DNA of 64,000 nt, taken from positions 608,001-672,000 of the forward strand of contig CAWFFN010000005.1 of assembly GCA_963815115.1 (NCBI GenBank). Direction: 5' to 3'. The notes under the pieces are model-generated. The model was not told where the DNA came from and made no database searches. It saw only the letters and a program-made list of their open reading frames with translations. Positions 31,130-40,409 of this stretch are shown piece by piece; positions within the stretch are counted from its first letter, which is position 1; every line of letters begins with the position of its first letter. This stretch comes from an uncultured delta proteobacterium (GTDB taxonomy: Bacteria > Desulfobacterota > Binatia > DP-6). The position numbers and the translations under genes were made by a program.

Positions 31130-32182
31130 TCAGTACTTGGTGATGACCGTCACCCCGAGCGTGCCGTACTTGTCCATCGACTCGACGACGCCGCCGACCT
31201 CCTCGAGGCCGATGGTGCGGTGGACGAGCTTGCCGGGCTTGAGCTTCCCGCTCTCGACCATGCGGAGCATAGAGGGAAAGCGCGGCGCCTGCATGCCGAG
31301 CGAGCCCAGGATCTGCACCTCCTTCAGGACGATGATGTCGATCGGAAGTGCGATCTCTCCCTTCTCTGCGCTGGAGGTGAGGCCGATCTGGATGTGGCGG
31401 CCGCGCTTGCGGGTGCACATGACGGAATTCCGGCACGTCGCCGCCACCCCGAGCGCGTCGATCGAGACGTGAGCGCCACCCTCGGTGAGCCCCATGATGG
31501 CGCCGATGGGCTCGTCCTTGGCGGCGTTGACGACGTGCACCGCCCCCTCGCCCTTGGCGGCGGCGAGCTTGTCGTCGGAGACGTCGACGGCGATCACGTT
31601 GGCGCCGAGCGCCGAGGCGATCTGCACCGCCGAGAGCCCGACGCCGCCGCACCCGTGGACGGCCACCCACTCGCCTGCCCGCACCTGCGCCCGGTCGACC
31701 ACGGCGTGGAACGAGGTCATGTACCGGCACCCCATGCTCGCCGCGTCGGTGAAGGGGATCGAGTCCGGGAGCGCGACCAGGTTCACGTCCGCGTACGGCA
31801 CGCCGACCAGGCGGCCGAAGCCGCCCCAGTAGGCGACGCCGGGTATCAGCGGCGTGTCACAGACGTTGTGATGGCCACCGCGGCACCACTCGCACGTCCC
31901 CTCGCCCTGACTGAACGGCACCAGCACGCGGCCGCCCTTCTTCCAGCGCGTCACGGCGGGGCCGACCTCCTCGATGACGCCGCAGAACTCGTGGCCGAGC
32001 ACCCATGGCGGCTGGAGCGCGATGCCCACCCACGACCAGTCGCCGGTCCAGAGATGCCAGTCGGTGCGACAGATGCCGTTGGCCTCGACGCGCACGATCG
32101 CGCCGTTGGCGGGGCAGTGCGGATCGGGCATGTCGCGAACGACCAGCGGCTCGCGGATGGCTTCCATGACGGCGGCGCGCAT
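31130..32182 (-). CDS. Zinc-dependent alcohol dehydrogenase
   Basis: GICRTD, GHEF, GCGGVG. RBS GAGGAGG. Confidence 0.9.
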   Translation of the reverse strand: MRAAVMEAIREPLVVRDMPDPHCPANGAIVRVEANGICRTDWHLWTGDWSWVGIALQPPWVLGHEFCGVIEEVGPAVTRWKKGGRVLVPFSQGEGTCEWCRGGHHNVCDTPLIPGVAYWGGFGRLVGVPYADVNLVALPDSIPFTDAASMGCRYMTSFHAVVDRAQVRAGEWVAVHGCGGVGLSAVQIASALGANVIAVDVSDDKLAAAKGEGAVHVVNAAKDEPIGAIMGLTEGGAHVSIDALGVAATCRNSVMCTRKRGRHIQIGLTSSAEKGEIALPIDIIVLKEVQILGSLGMQAPRFPSMLRMVESGKLKPGKLVHRTIGLEEVGGVVESMDKYGTLGVTVITKY

Positions 32183-32266
32183 GGTGGGTCCTCCTCTGTG
32201 GGCTGTGGGGTGTTACACCCGGCGCGGCTGGCGCGTAAACCCCCGTCGAGGGATCGCCGAAACTAG

Positions 32267-33740
32267 GAGCCTGACCCAAGACTCCGCCGCATTATGTTGC
32301 TAGAAGGGCGACATGGCGGAGGCGGGACGGTGGAAGCCGTATGTGCAGCGGCAGGGGCAGCTGCTGCCGACGTTCGTTGAAGACACGCTCGACCCGAGCG
32401 ATCCGGTCTTTTTCATCGACGACGCCGTCGAGAGTCTCGACCTGACGCCGTTCGAGCAGCGCTACGCCGAGACGGGCGAGCATGCCTACGCGCCGCGGCT
32501 GTTGCTCAAGCTGTGGCTGTACGCGGCGACGCAGGGCGTATTCAGCGGCCGGGAGATCGCGCGGCGGCTCCGGCGCGACCTAGCTTTCCGGTACCTGGCG
32601 GGGGACGGGCCGGTGCCAGATTTCCGGACGATCAATCGCTTCCGGGTGCGGCATCGGGAGGACTTCGCCTGGGTGCTGCGGGCGACCGTCCGGCTGGCGC
32701 GCGGGGCCGGGCTGGTGAAGCTCGGGCTCGTGACGGTGGACGGCACGAAGTTGCGGGCGAACACGTCGCGGCACAAAGCGATGAGCCACGCGCGGCTCCA
32801 GCAGGAGGAGGCGCGGCTCGAGGCCGAGCTCGCCGCGTTGGTGACCAAGCTGGATGACGTGCAGGCCGCGGAGGACCGCGAACACGGCGAGGACGACGAC
32901 GGCAGTGGGGGGTTACCCGCCGAGCTGCGGACGCGGGAGCAGCGGCTGGCCAAGCTGCGGGCGGTGCGGGCGCAGTTGGAGGCCGAGAAGGGTGCGACGT
33001 TGAAGCCGCGGCACCAGAAGAGCTTTGCCGACCCCGACGCGCAGATGATGCGCGCGGGGGACGGGGCCTTGGTCTACGCCTACAACGCCCAGGCAGCCGT
33101 GAGTGCGGACGGGCTGATCGTGGCGACCGGGGTGACGACGGCGGTGCGGGACATTGGGCAGTTGGTCCCCATGATCGAGGCGGTGACCGCGACGACCGGA
33201 GAGTCGCCTGGCTGCACGGTGGCCGACAATGGGTATCTCACGGAGGCGAATCTCGCGACCCTCGCGGAGCGGGGCGTGCGGTGTCTCGTGGCGGTGGGCC
33301 GCGAGGGCAAGGCCGTGCGGTGGCCGCAGGGACCGCACACCCAGCGCATGCATCGCCTGCTCCATCTGCCGTGGGCGCAGCGCTGGTATGCCTGGCGAAA
33401 GACGCAGGCGGAGCGTCCTTACGCGGAGATCAAGCACGCGATGGGCTTTCGCCGGGTCGCGCTGCGGGGCGTGGCGAAGGTCGGCGGCGAGTGGGACCTC
33501 GTGTGCGCGGCCTTCAACCTGCGGCGGCTGCGGGCGCTGGGCCTCGTCCCGGCGTAGACTCTGCCGCACACGCGGCGTGCGTCGGGGGCGTGGGGTCGCC
33601 GTCGGAGCGAATCCGCAGCCCCTTGCGCGCGCTCGCGGCCCATCGATGCGGCGCTGCACACTCGTCGGCGCGCATGGGGCGAGGACGCTGAGCGGAGACG
33701 GTGACCCCACGCCCCCGCACCGGCGTCTCGGGTCACGCTC
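32267..33740 (+). mobile_element. IS1182-family insertion sequence with 20-bp imperfect terminal inverted repeats and a CTAG target duplication
   Basis: IRL GAGCCTGACCCAAGACTCCG (32267-32286) matches the reverse complement of IRR (33721-33740) at 17/20. CTAG at 32263-32266 and 33741-33744. Confidence 0.9.
32313..33557 (+). CDS. IS1182-family DDE transposase
   Basis: Y.PRLLLKLWLY, SGREI, PDFRTINRFR, DGTKLRANTS, YNAQ, ADNGY, AERPYAEIK, GEWDLVCAAFNL. Confidence 0.92.
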   Translation: MAEAGRWKPYVQRQGQLLPTFVEDTLDPSDPVFFIDDAVESLDLTPFEQRYAETGEHAYAPRLLLKLWLYAATQGVFSGREIARRLRRDLAFRYLAGDGPVPDFRTINRFRVRHREDFAWVLRATVRLARGAGLVKLGLVTVDGTKLRANTSRHKAMSHARLQQEEARLEAELAALVTKLDDVQAAEDREHGEDDDGSGGLPAELRTREQRLAKLRAVRAQLEAEKGATLKPRHQKSFADPDAQMMRAGDGALVYAYNAQAAVSADGLIVATGVTTAVRDIGQLVPMIEAVTATTGESPGCTVADNGYLTEANLATLAERGVRCLVAVGREGKAVRWPQGPHTQRMHRLLHLPWAQRWYAWRKTQAERPYAEIKHAMGFRRVALRGVAKVGGEWDLVCAAFNLRRLRALGLVPA

Positions 33741-34793
33741 CTAGTAGCCCGCGGCCGCCAGCGCGCGCTCGAGCTGCTCCTCGGTCGAGCCGTAGAACTG
33801 CTCGAACGTCGTGGCGCGCTTGAAGAAGACGTGCACGTCGACTTCCCACGTGAAGCCGATGCCGCCGTGCATCTGGATGGTCTCGCCGCAGACGAGGCGC
33901 GCCGAGTCTCCCGCGTATGCCTTGGCGGTGGCGCAGGCGAGGATGGCCTCGGGGTCGTTCGCATCCAGACACCAGGCCGCGCGATAGACCGCCGAGCGCG
34001 TCGATTCCGTGCGCAGCAGCATGTCGGCGAGTCGGTGCTGGAGCGCCTGGAAGGCGCCGATCGGCCGCTGGAAGGCGGAGCGGGCGTTCACGTACTCGAG
34101 GGTCATCTCGAGCGAGCGCGCCATGAGTCCGAGCAGGGTCGCCGCGGCGCCGACGGCGGCCAGGCGATCGGTGCGCTCGAGGAGGTCGACGCCCCCGACC
34201 GGCGTGGCCGCGTGCTCGAAGGCGACCGTGCCGAAGCGCTGCGCCAGATCGAGCGTCGGCGTCGGGGTCACGTCGAACGGGCCCGCGACGAGATGGACGC
34301 CGTCCGGCGTCGTCACCAGCAACGCATCGGCCGAGGCCGCGAAGGGCACGAAGAACTTGCGGCCGCGCAGCGTGCCGCCCTCCACCCGCGACCCGCCGCC
34401 CGACCGTCCTGCGAAGGGTGCGTCGCGCCGCGCGATCGTCACCACCTTGGTGCCGGCGCAGAGGTCGGCGAGCAGGGCGTCGTCGCGGCCCGAGCGCGCC
34501 AGCAGATCGGCCGCGAGGACGGCGTCGAGCAACGGACCGGGCAGGCAGACGCGGCCGGCTTCCTCGCACACGATCGCCAGCTCGACCGCGCCGAGTCCCT
34601 GACCGCCCTTGTCGGCGGGCACGGTGAGCCCGATGTAACCCATGTCGGCCAGCTGCCGCCACTGTGGCGCCTCGAAGCCGCGCGCGTCGTGTTCCATGAT
34701 CCTGCGGCTGCGCTCGAGCGGCGCGTCCTTGGTGAAGTAGTCGCGGGTGGAGCTGCGCAGCAGCGCCTGGTCCTCGGAGAGCTCGAAGCGCAT
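33741..34793 (-). CDS. Acyl-CoA dehydrogenase family protein (short partner subunit)
   Basis: MRFELSEDQ, R.AFQRPIGAFQALQHRLAD, QMHGGIGFTWE. Confidence 0.9.
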   Translation of the reverse strand: MRFELSEDQALLRSSTRDYFTKDAPLERSRRIMEHDARGFEAPQWRQLADMGYIGLTVPADKGGQGLGAVELAIVCEEAGRVCLPGPLLDAVLAADLLARSGRDDALLADLCAGTKVVTIARRDAPFAGRSGGGSRVEGGTLRGRKFFVPFAASADALLVTTPDGVHLVAGPFDVTPTPTLDLAQRFGTVAFEHAATPVGGVDLLERTDRLAAVGAAATLLGLMARSLEMTLEYVNARSAFQRPIGAFQALQHRLADMLLRTESTRSAVYRAAWCLDANDPEAILACATAKAYAGDSARLVCGETIQMHGGIGFTWEVDVHVFFKRATTFEQFYGSTEEQLERALAAAGY

Positions 34794-34806
34794 CCCGGGC
34801 TCCCCC

Positions 34807-35980
34807 TCAGGCCTGGGGCAGGCCGAGCACCCGCTTCGAGATGATGTTGCGCTGCACCTCGGACGAGCCGGAGTAGATCGTGCCCGCGCGCGACCAGAGG
34901 AACTCGCGCGCCCAGTCGACGTCGCGGCGCGCGCCCGGGCTCGAGCGCAGGAGCTGGCCCTCGGGGCCGAGCAGGTCGAGCGCGGTTTCCCGGAAGCGCT
35001 TGTCGAACTCGCTCCAGAAGATCTTCTCGATGGAGGACTCGCTCCCGGGTGCCTTGCCGTCGGCGAAGTTCGCCAGCATGCGCACGCCGTTGGCCCGCAT
35101 CACCTCGATCTCCACCAGGAGGCGCGCGAGCTTCTCGCGCGCCGAGCCTGCGAGGCGGCCGTGCTCGCGGCAGGCGGCGGCGAGCAGGTCGAGGTCGCGG
35201 CGGAAGCGCACCGAGTAGGCCAGTGACGAGGCGCCGCGCTCGTAGGCGAGGACCGTCATCGCGATGCGCCAGCCCTCGCCGATCTTGCCGACCAGGTTCT
35301 CCTTGGGGACGCGCGCGTCCTCGAAGAAGACCTCGCCGAACTCGCTCTCGCCGGTGATCTGCCGCAGCGGCCGCACGGTGACGCCGGGCGTGTCGAGCCT
35401 GCAGAGGACGAACGAGATGCCGCCATACCGGTCCTTCGGATCGGTCCGGCAGAGGACGAAGATCCAGTCGGCCCATGGGCCGAACGTGGTCCACACCTTC
35501 TGGCCGTTGAGCACGAACTGGTCGCCGTCGAGTGCGGCGCTGGTCTTGAGCGCGGCGAGATCGCTCCCGGCGCCGGGCTCGCTGAAACCCTGGCACCAGA
35601 TCTCGTCGCCCGAGAGCATGGGCGGGATGAAGCGGCGGCGCTGCGCCTCGCTGCCATGATGGATGAGCGCCGGCCCCAGCAAGCCGATGCCGAGGATGTT
35701 CGGGATGGGAGGCGCATCTGCGCGTGCCAGCTCCGCCTCGAAGATCGACTTCTCGACCTCGGTGGCGCCGCGGCCTCCCCATTCCGGCGGCCAGTCCATG
35801 CCGAGATAGCCGCCCTGGTAGAGCTTGCGCTGCCAGGCGCGGCGTAGCTCGACCAGCGAGTCCTCCGTGGCCGCGGGCTCGCGCAGCTCCTCGCGCCAGG
35901 GACGTTCCAGGTTCGCCGCGAGCCACGTGCGGAGCTCGTCGCGGAAGGCGAGGGCCTGCGGAGTGAGATCCAGGATCCAT
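34807..35980 (-). CDS. Acyl-CoA dehydrogenase with an apparent +1 frameshift at codon 3
   Basis: WCQGFSEPGAGSDLA, NGQKVWT, FGEVFF, TIYSGSSEVQRNII. The homology-like N-terminus (LDLTPQALAFRDELRTWL) is out of frame with ATG 35980 by one base. Confidence 0.8.
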
Positions 35981-36058
35981 CGGCGGTGTCTACGGCCGGC
36001 GCGCGCGCGCTGTCAACGGCCGGCCGCGACGCCTGTCGCGACGCCGGCGCGGGATCGC

Positions 36059-37189
36059 TCAGCGCCGCGGTCGGAAAAGGCCGAACGCGCTGGTGTAGCC
36101 GTGGAGGAACGTCGTCCCCTGCACCGGGCCGATCTCTCCGTTGCAGAAGAAGCCCCCGAGCGGCACGTCACCCAGGTGGCGCCGGAAGGCGTTGGTGTCG
36201 TGATCGGGCTCGCCGTACAGGTGCTTGCCGCGACCGAGGCAGGAGAACAGGAGCGATCCGTGGGGTCGTCCCCGGTAGCGCTCGAGCAGCTCGTCGAGGT
36301 CCGCGGCCGACGTCCGGGCGTCGCGCAGGTGGAACTGGACGACCATGCCGTCACGGACGAGTACGCCGACGACCAGCGCGCCGCTCTTGCCGTCGATGCC
36401 CATGACGTTGCGGATCAGGAAATCGCCGTGCCCGTACTCCTGGCGATCCTCGCGCATGACGATGCCGAGCTGGAGCGAGTGCCGGAAGAGCTGCTGATCC
36501 TCGGCGCCGGCGTGCGCGTAGACGTCCTGGAGGACGGCACCGGCGCGCCGGCCGTCCAGCTCGTGGATCACGTTGCGCTCGCTGCGCGTGACGAACATCG
36601 GCTCGCCGATCGGCCGGCAGCCCTGCGCGACGATGGTGTCGACGGCGACGTTGCCCGAGAACGCGATGCCGACCAGGCCGCGCCGGTGCACCACGTCGTC
36701 GAGATAGAGCACGTTTCCGCCCGGCGCACGGCCGCCGCTCGCCAGGCCGCCGATCACGGTGGAGTCGGGATACGTCGCATCGAGCCGATGCAGGAGGTCG
36801 TCGACGTCGAAGGTGAACGGATCGGGCAGCAGCAGGAAGCTCGGCGTTTCCTGCGCCGCCAGCGGCGGCAGCGCCGGCTCGTCGAGATGAAAGGACGTGC
36901 AGCGGACGTCGGGAAGCACTGCCGCGGAGAGCGACAGCCCGGGCTGCTCCTCGAGCTCCCGGCCGCCGCCGATGACGCCACCCGCCGAGCAGCCGACGAA
37001 GGTGCCGCCGCCGAGCGTGGCGCGCACGAGCGCGGCCAGCCGCTCGTAGCGCGACTCGTGATGCGGCGAGATGAAGGCCACGACGAGGTCGGGCGTGGCT
37101 CCCTCGAGACCGGCCTGCAGGACCGCCGCCGCCTCGTCGACGGCCGCCTCCAGCCGCGAAGCGGTCGACGCCGCCGAGCTCCACCGCAT
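36059..37189 (-). CDS. FIST signal-transduction domain protein
   Basis: GCSAGGVIG, IGGLASG, VAQGCRPIG, FHLRDA, LLFSCLGRG, GFFCNGEIGP, LHGYT. Confidence 0.9.
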   Translation of the reverse strand: MRWSSAASTASRLEAAVDEAAAVLQAGLEGATPDLVVAFISPHHESRYERLAALVRATLGGGTFVGCSAGGVIGGGRELEEQPGLSLSAAVLPDVRCTSFHLDEPALPPLAAQETPSFLLLPDPFTFDVDDLLHRLDATYPDSTVIGGLASGGRAPGGNVLYLDDVVHRRGLVGIAFSGNVAVDTIVAQGCRPIGEPMFVTRSERNVIHELDGRRAGAVLQDVYAHAGAEDQQLFRHSLQLGIVMREDRQEYGHGDFLIRNVMGIDGKSGALVVGVLVRDGMVVQFHLRDARTSAADLDELLERYRGRPHGSLLFSCLGRGKHLYGEPDHDTNAFRRHLGDVPLGGFFCNGEIGPVQGTTFLHGYTSAFGLFRPRR

Positions 37190-37272
37190 GTCGTTCGTCC
37201 CTAGCACAGACGGGAGGCCAGTGCGCGGCCGCCCGGTTCCCTCGCCGGGGTCGTCCCTCTAGCATCGCCGCG

Positions 37273-38949
37273 ATGGAGGAGGGACGGAGCGACTCCCTCG
37301 CGGCGTGGGCGGCGACGGCCGAACGCATCGGGGCCACCACCAGGCGGCTCGAGAAGGGCGCCATCCTGGCGCGCTACCTCGCCGCCCTCGACGCCCCGTC
37401 GGTCGTCGTCGCGGCGCGCTTCTTCGGCGGGACGGTCTTCGCGCGCCACGACGCGCGCACGACGCGGGTCGGCCCCTCGTTGCTCACGGGGGCGCTCACC
37501 GCGGTGTCGGGCGCGGATCCGGCGACCCTCGGTGAACGGTACGTCGCGCACGGCGACGCGGGGGATCTCGCGGCCGAGCTGCTCGCGGGCCGGCCCGACG
37601 CCGCCCTCGGGCTGACCGAGGTGGCGGAGCGCCTGGCGGCTCTCGGCGCCGCGGCCACGACGGCGGAGCGGCGATCCGACCTCGAGGCCCTCCTCGCCAG
37701 CGTCGGCTCGCGCGAGGCCCGCTACCTCGTCCGGCTTCTCCTCGGCGAGCTGCGCATCGGGCTCAAGGAGGCGCAGGTCGAGGAGGCTTTGGCGGCGGCA
37801 TTCGCGCGGCCGCTCGCCGCCGTGCGCCGGGCACACCTGCTGCGCGGCGACCTGGGCGAGGTGGCCCGGCTCGCGCGCGCAGACGACCTCGATTCCGCCC
37901 GTCTGGCGCTCTTCCATCCCCTCGGCTTCATGCTGGCGCAGCCGCTCGCGACGGCGGCCGAGATCGTCGAGCGCCTCCCGGCGCCCTTCGTCCTCGAGGA
38001 CAAGTACGACGGCATCCGCGCCCAGGCCCACGTGAGCGACGGCAGCGTCGTGCTCTTCTCGCGCACGCTCGACGACATCACCGCCGGTTATCCCGAGGTG
38101 GCCGCGACTCTCGCTGCGCTCGGCGAGGGGCTGGTGGTCGACGGCGAGCTGCTCGCGGTCGATCCCGACCAACCCGAGCGCGCGCTGTCATTCAAGGCGT
38201 TGCAGCAGCGGCTCGGTCGCAAGCAGCCCGGCGCCGCGCTGCTCGCCCGAGTGCCGGTCACCTTCATCGCCTTCGACATCCTCGCCGCCGGCGGGGAGCT
38301 GGTCATCGACGAGCCGTGGTCCGAACGCCACGCGCGCCTGGATACGCTCGCGTGGCCCGCGCGCGGGGCGCGCCTGGCGCCCCATCGCCTGTCGGCGGGA
38401 GCGGAGGAGATCGAGGCCGCCTTCGGCGCCGCGCGCGCCGCGGGCAACGAGGGACTGGTCGCGAAGGACCCGGATTCGGCGTACGCACCGGGCCGGCGCG
38501 GCGGCTCGTGGTTCAAGCTGAAGCGGCCGCTCGCCGCCCTCGACGTGGTCGTGACGGCGGTCGAGCGGGGCCACGGCCGGCGCCGCGCGGTGCTCTCCGA
38601 CTACACCTTCGCCGTCCGCGCGGCGGAGGACGATCCGCGCCTGCTGGTGGTCGGCAAGGCGTACAGCGGGCTCACGGATGCCGAGATCGCCGCGCTCACC
38701 GAACGCTTCGAAGCGCTCACGATCGAGCGGCGTCCGGGCTGGCATCGGGTGCTGCCCGAGGTGGTGCTCGAGGTCACCTTCGACACCGTGCAGCCCTCGA
38801 ACCGCCATTCGTCGGGCTACGCGTTGCGCTTCCCGCGCATCGTGCGGGTGCGCGACGACAAGCCGGCGGCCGAGATCGACACCCTCGCCCGCGTCCGGGA
38901 GCTTGCGAGCCGAGACTTCGTCTCGGCTCGCGGCGGAGAGCGAGAGTGA
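37273..38949 (+). CDS. ATP-dependent DNA ligase (LigB-like)
   Basis: EDKYDGIR (motif I), DGEL, AFDIL, EGLVAK, WFKLK, LRFPR...RDDK. Confidence 0.92.
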   Translation: MEEGRSDSLAAWAATAERIGATTRRLEKGAILARYLAALDAPSVVVAARFFGGTVFARHDARTTRVGPSLLTGALTAVSGADPATLGERYVAHGDAGDLAAELLAGRPDAALGLTEVAERLAALGAAATTAERRSDLEALLASVGSREARYLVRLLLGELRIGLKEAQVEEALAAAFARPLAAVRRAHLLRGDLGEVARLARADDLDSARLALFHPLGFMLAQPLATAAEIVERLPAPFVLEDKYDGIRAQAHVSDGSVVLFSRTLDDITAGYPEVAATLAALGEGLVVDGELLAVDPDQPERALSFKALQQRLGRKQPGAALLARVPVTFIAFDILAAGGELVIDEPWSERHARLDTLAWPARGARLAPHRLSAGAEEIEAAFGAARAAGNEGLVAKDPDSAYAPGRRGGSWFKLKRPLAALDVVVTAVERGHGRRRAVLSDYTFAVRAAEDDPRLLVVGKAYSGLTDAEIAALTERFEALTIERRPGWHRVLPEVVLEVTFDTVQPSNRHSSGYALRFPRIVRVRDDKPAAEIDTLARVRELASRDFVSARGGERE

Positions 38950-39176
38950 AACTCGATCAACAATGCGGGCGTCGTGCCGCGAGCGGCAAAGCCGCCGCGG
39001 CAGCCGTTTCGGAGCACGAGGCCGGAGCCGAAAACCCAGGCGTGCGCGCCGCGCGGAGCGAAGCCAACGTTCTGCCGCGCCGGCTTCGCCGGCCGCGGCA
39101 CGGCGTTCGCCGTATCTACCGAACGCCACACGCTCGCTCTCCGTGCCGACCCGAGACGGAGTCTCGGGTCGCGTGA
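38901..39176. mobile_element. MITE-like long imperfect palindrome with terminal hairpins
   Basis: Hairpins at 38905-38931 and 39147-39171, nested inverted repeats inside. Right end matches the IS1182 IRR at 15/20 and abuts CTAG. Confidence 0.55.
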
Positions 39177-40409
39177 CTAGAAGGTGGCCTCGAGACCGAC
39201 CAGCGGGATCGGGCTGGTGTGAATGCCCTGCTCGGAGAGCGGCACGAGCACGTTGGCGAAGCCGAAGACGGTGTCGTTCCAGAGATTCAAGCGTCCACCG
39301 ATGGAGAGCGCGTAGTAGCTCGGGCGTACGCTGCTCAGGCCGAAGAGCGGAGCGGTGGGATGCGCGCAGCTCGGACTCGACACCGGACAGCCGTTGCGTG
39401 GATTGTAGCGCGGCAGGTCGAAGAAGCCGGCGGACGCGAAGCCGTGGAACGGCTCGCGCCCGAGGAAGCCGAACGACAGGGTCGCCCGATTGGCCAGCGC
39501 CACGTCGAAGCCCGCGCCGAAGCGGCCCTCGCTCACGTCCACGTCGTCGAGGACGAGATCGAGGCCGCCGTTCACGAAGGCCTGGACGGAGACCGGGCCC
39601 GCGATCGGGATGCGGTGGGTCGAAAGGTAGAGCAGCGGGGACAGCTCCCAGGAGCCGGTCCCCTGGAAGTTCTCCTCGTTGCCCGTCGGCATGCGCACCA
39701 CGAGCCCGAACGCCGCGGCGCCCCAGGGGTTCTTGAAGAAGCGGTACTTGCCGCGGAGCAGGAGGTCGCCGACGCCGTTGGCGTGCGAGATGTCCTGCTC
39801 GAACCTCGTCCCGCGCTGCTCCGGCGGGATCGGGACCAGGCTGTTGTCGCTCGGGTTGCGCTTGAACTCGCTTCCCATCGACCCGACGGAGAGCCGGCTG
39901 AAGAGCACCGGCAGCGCGAGGTTGACCTCGAGATCGTCCGTGATCCCGTACGTGCCCTGGAACGTCATCTCGTCGACGACGAGATCGACGGCGTAGCGGT
40001 CGAACCGGAAGAGCCGTCCGCCCCTGGAGGCGTTCTGGCCCGGGAGGATGATCGGCAGCCTGCTGTCGTGCAGCTGGTCGAGGTTCTCGTCCTGGACCGC
40101 GTCGACCGCGACGCGCTGGTAGCTCGCGCTGACGTTCCACTTCCCGCGTCCGATCGGCTGCGCGCGCTCGAGGTAGAGCTGCCCCAGCAGATCGGTCTCG
40201 CGCTCGAAGGACCCCGACGCCGGATCGAACGTGAAGGTGAGGCCGGGCGACGCGGAGATGACGGGAAGCGATCGGGCCACCGTCGCGGAGAGCGCCTGGC
40301 CGAGCGGCTTGGCGGGACCCCGGAACACGGACTCGAACGTCCGAGCCTCGAGCGGGGCGGCGCCGAGCGACGTCACGACGACGGCGGCGAGGAGCCGCCG
40401 CGCGGTCAC
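39177..40409 (-). CDS. Probable outer-membrane beta-barrel protein (uncharacterised)
   Basis: Signal peptide from GTG overlapping the upstream TGA; amphipathic beta-strands; GVGDLLLRGKYRF, MPTG....GTG; C-terminal GLEATF. Confidence 0.7.
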   Translation of the reverse strand: MTARRLLAAVVVTSLGAAPLEARTFESVFRGPAKPLGQALSATVARSLPVISASPGLTFTFDPASGSFERETDLLGQLYLERAQPIGRGKWNVSASYQRVAVDAVQDENLDQLHDSRLPIILPGQNASRGGRLFRFDRYAVDLVVDEMTFQGTYGITDDLEVNLALPVLFSRLSVGSMGSEFKRNPSDNSLVPIPPEQRGTRFEQDISHANGVGDLLLRGKYRFFKNPWGAAAFGLVVRMPTGNEENFQGTGSWELSPLLYLSTHRIPIAGPVSVQAFVNGGLDLVLDDVDVSEGRFGAGFDVALANRATLSFGFLGREPFHGFASAGFFDLPRYNPRNGCPVSSPSCAHPTAPLFGLSSVRPSYYALSIGGRLNLWNDTVFGFANVLVPLSEQGIHTSPIPLVGLEATF

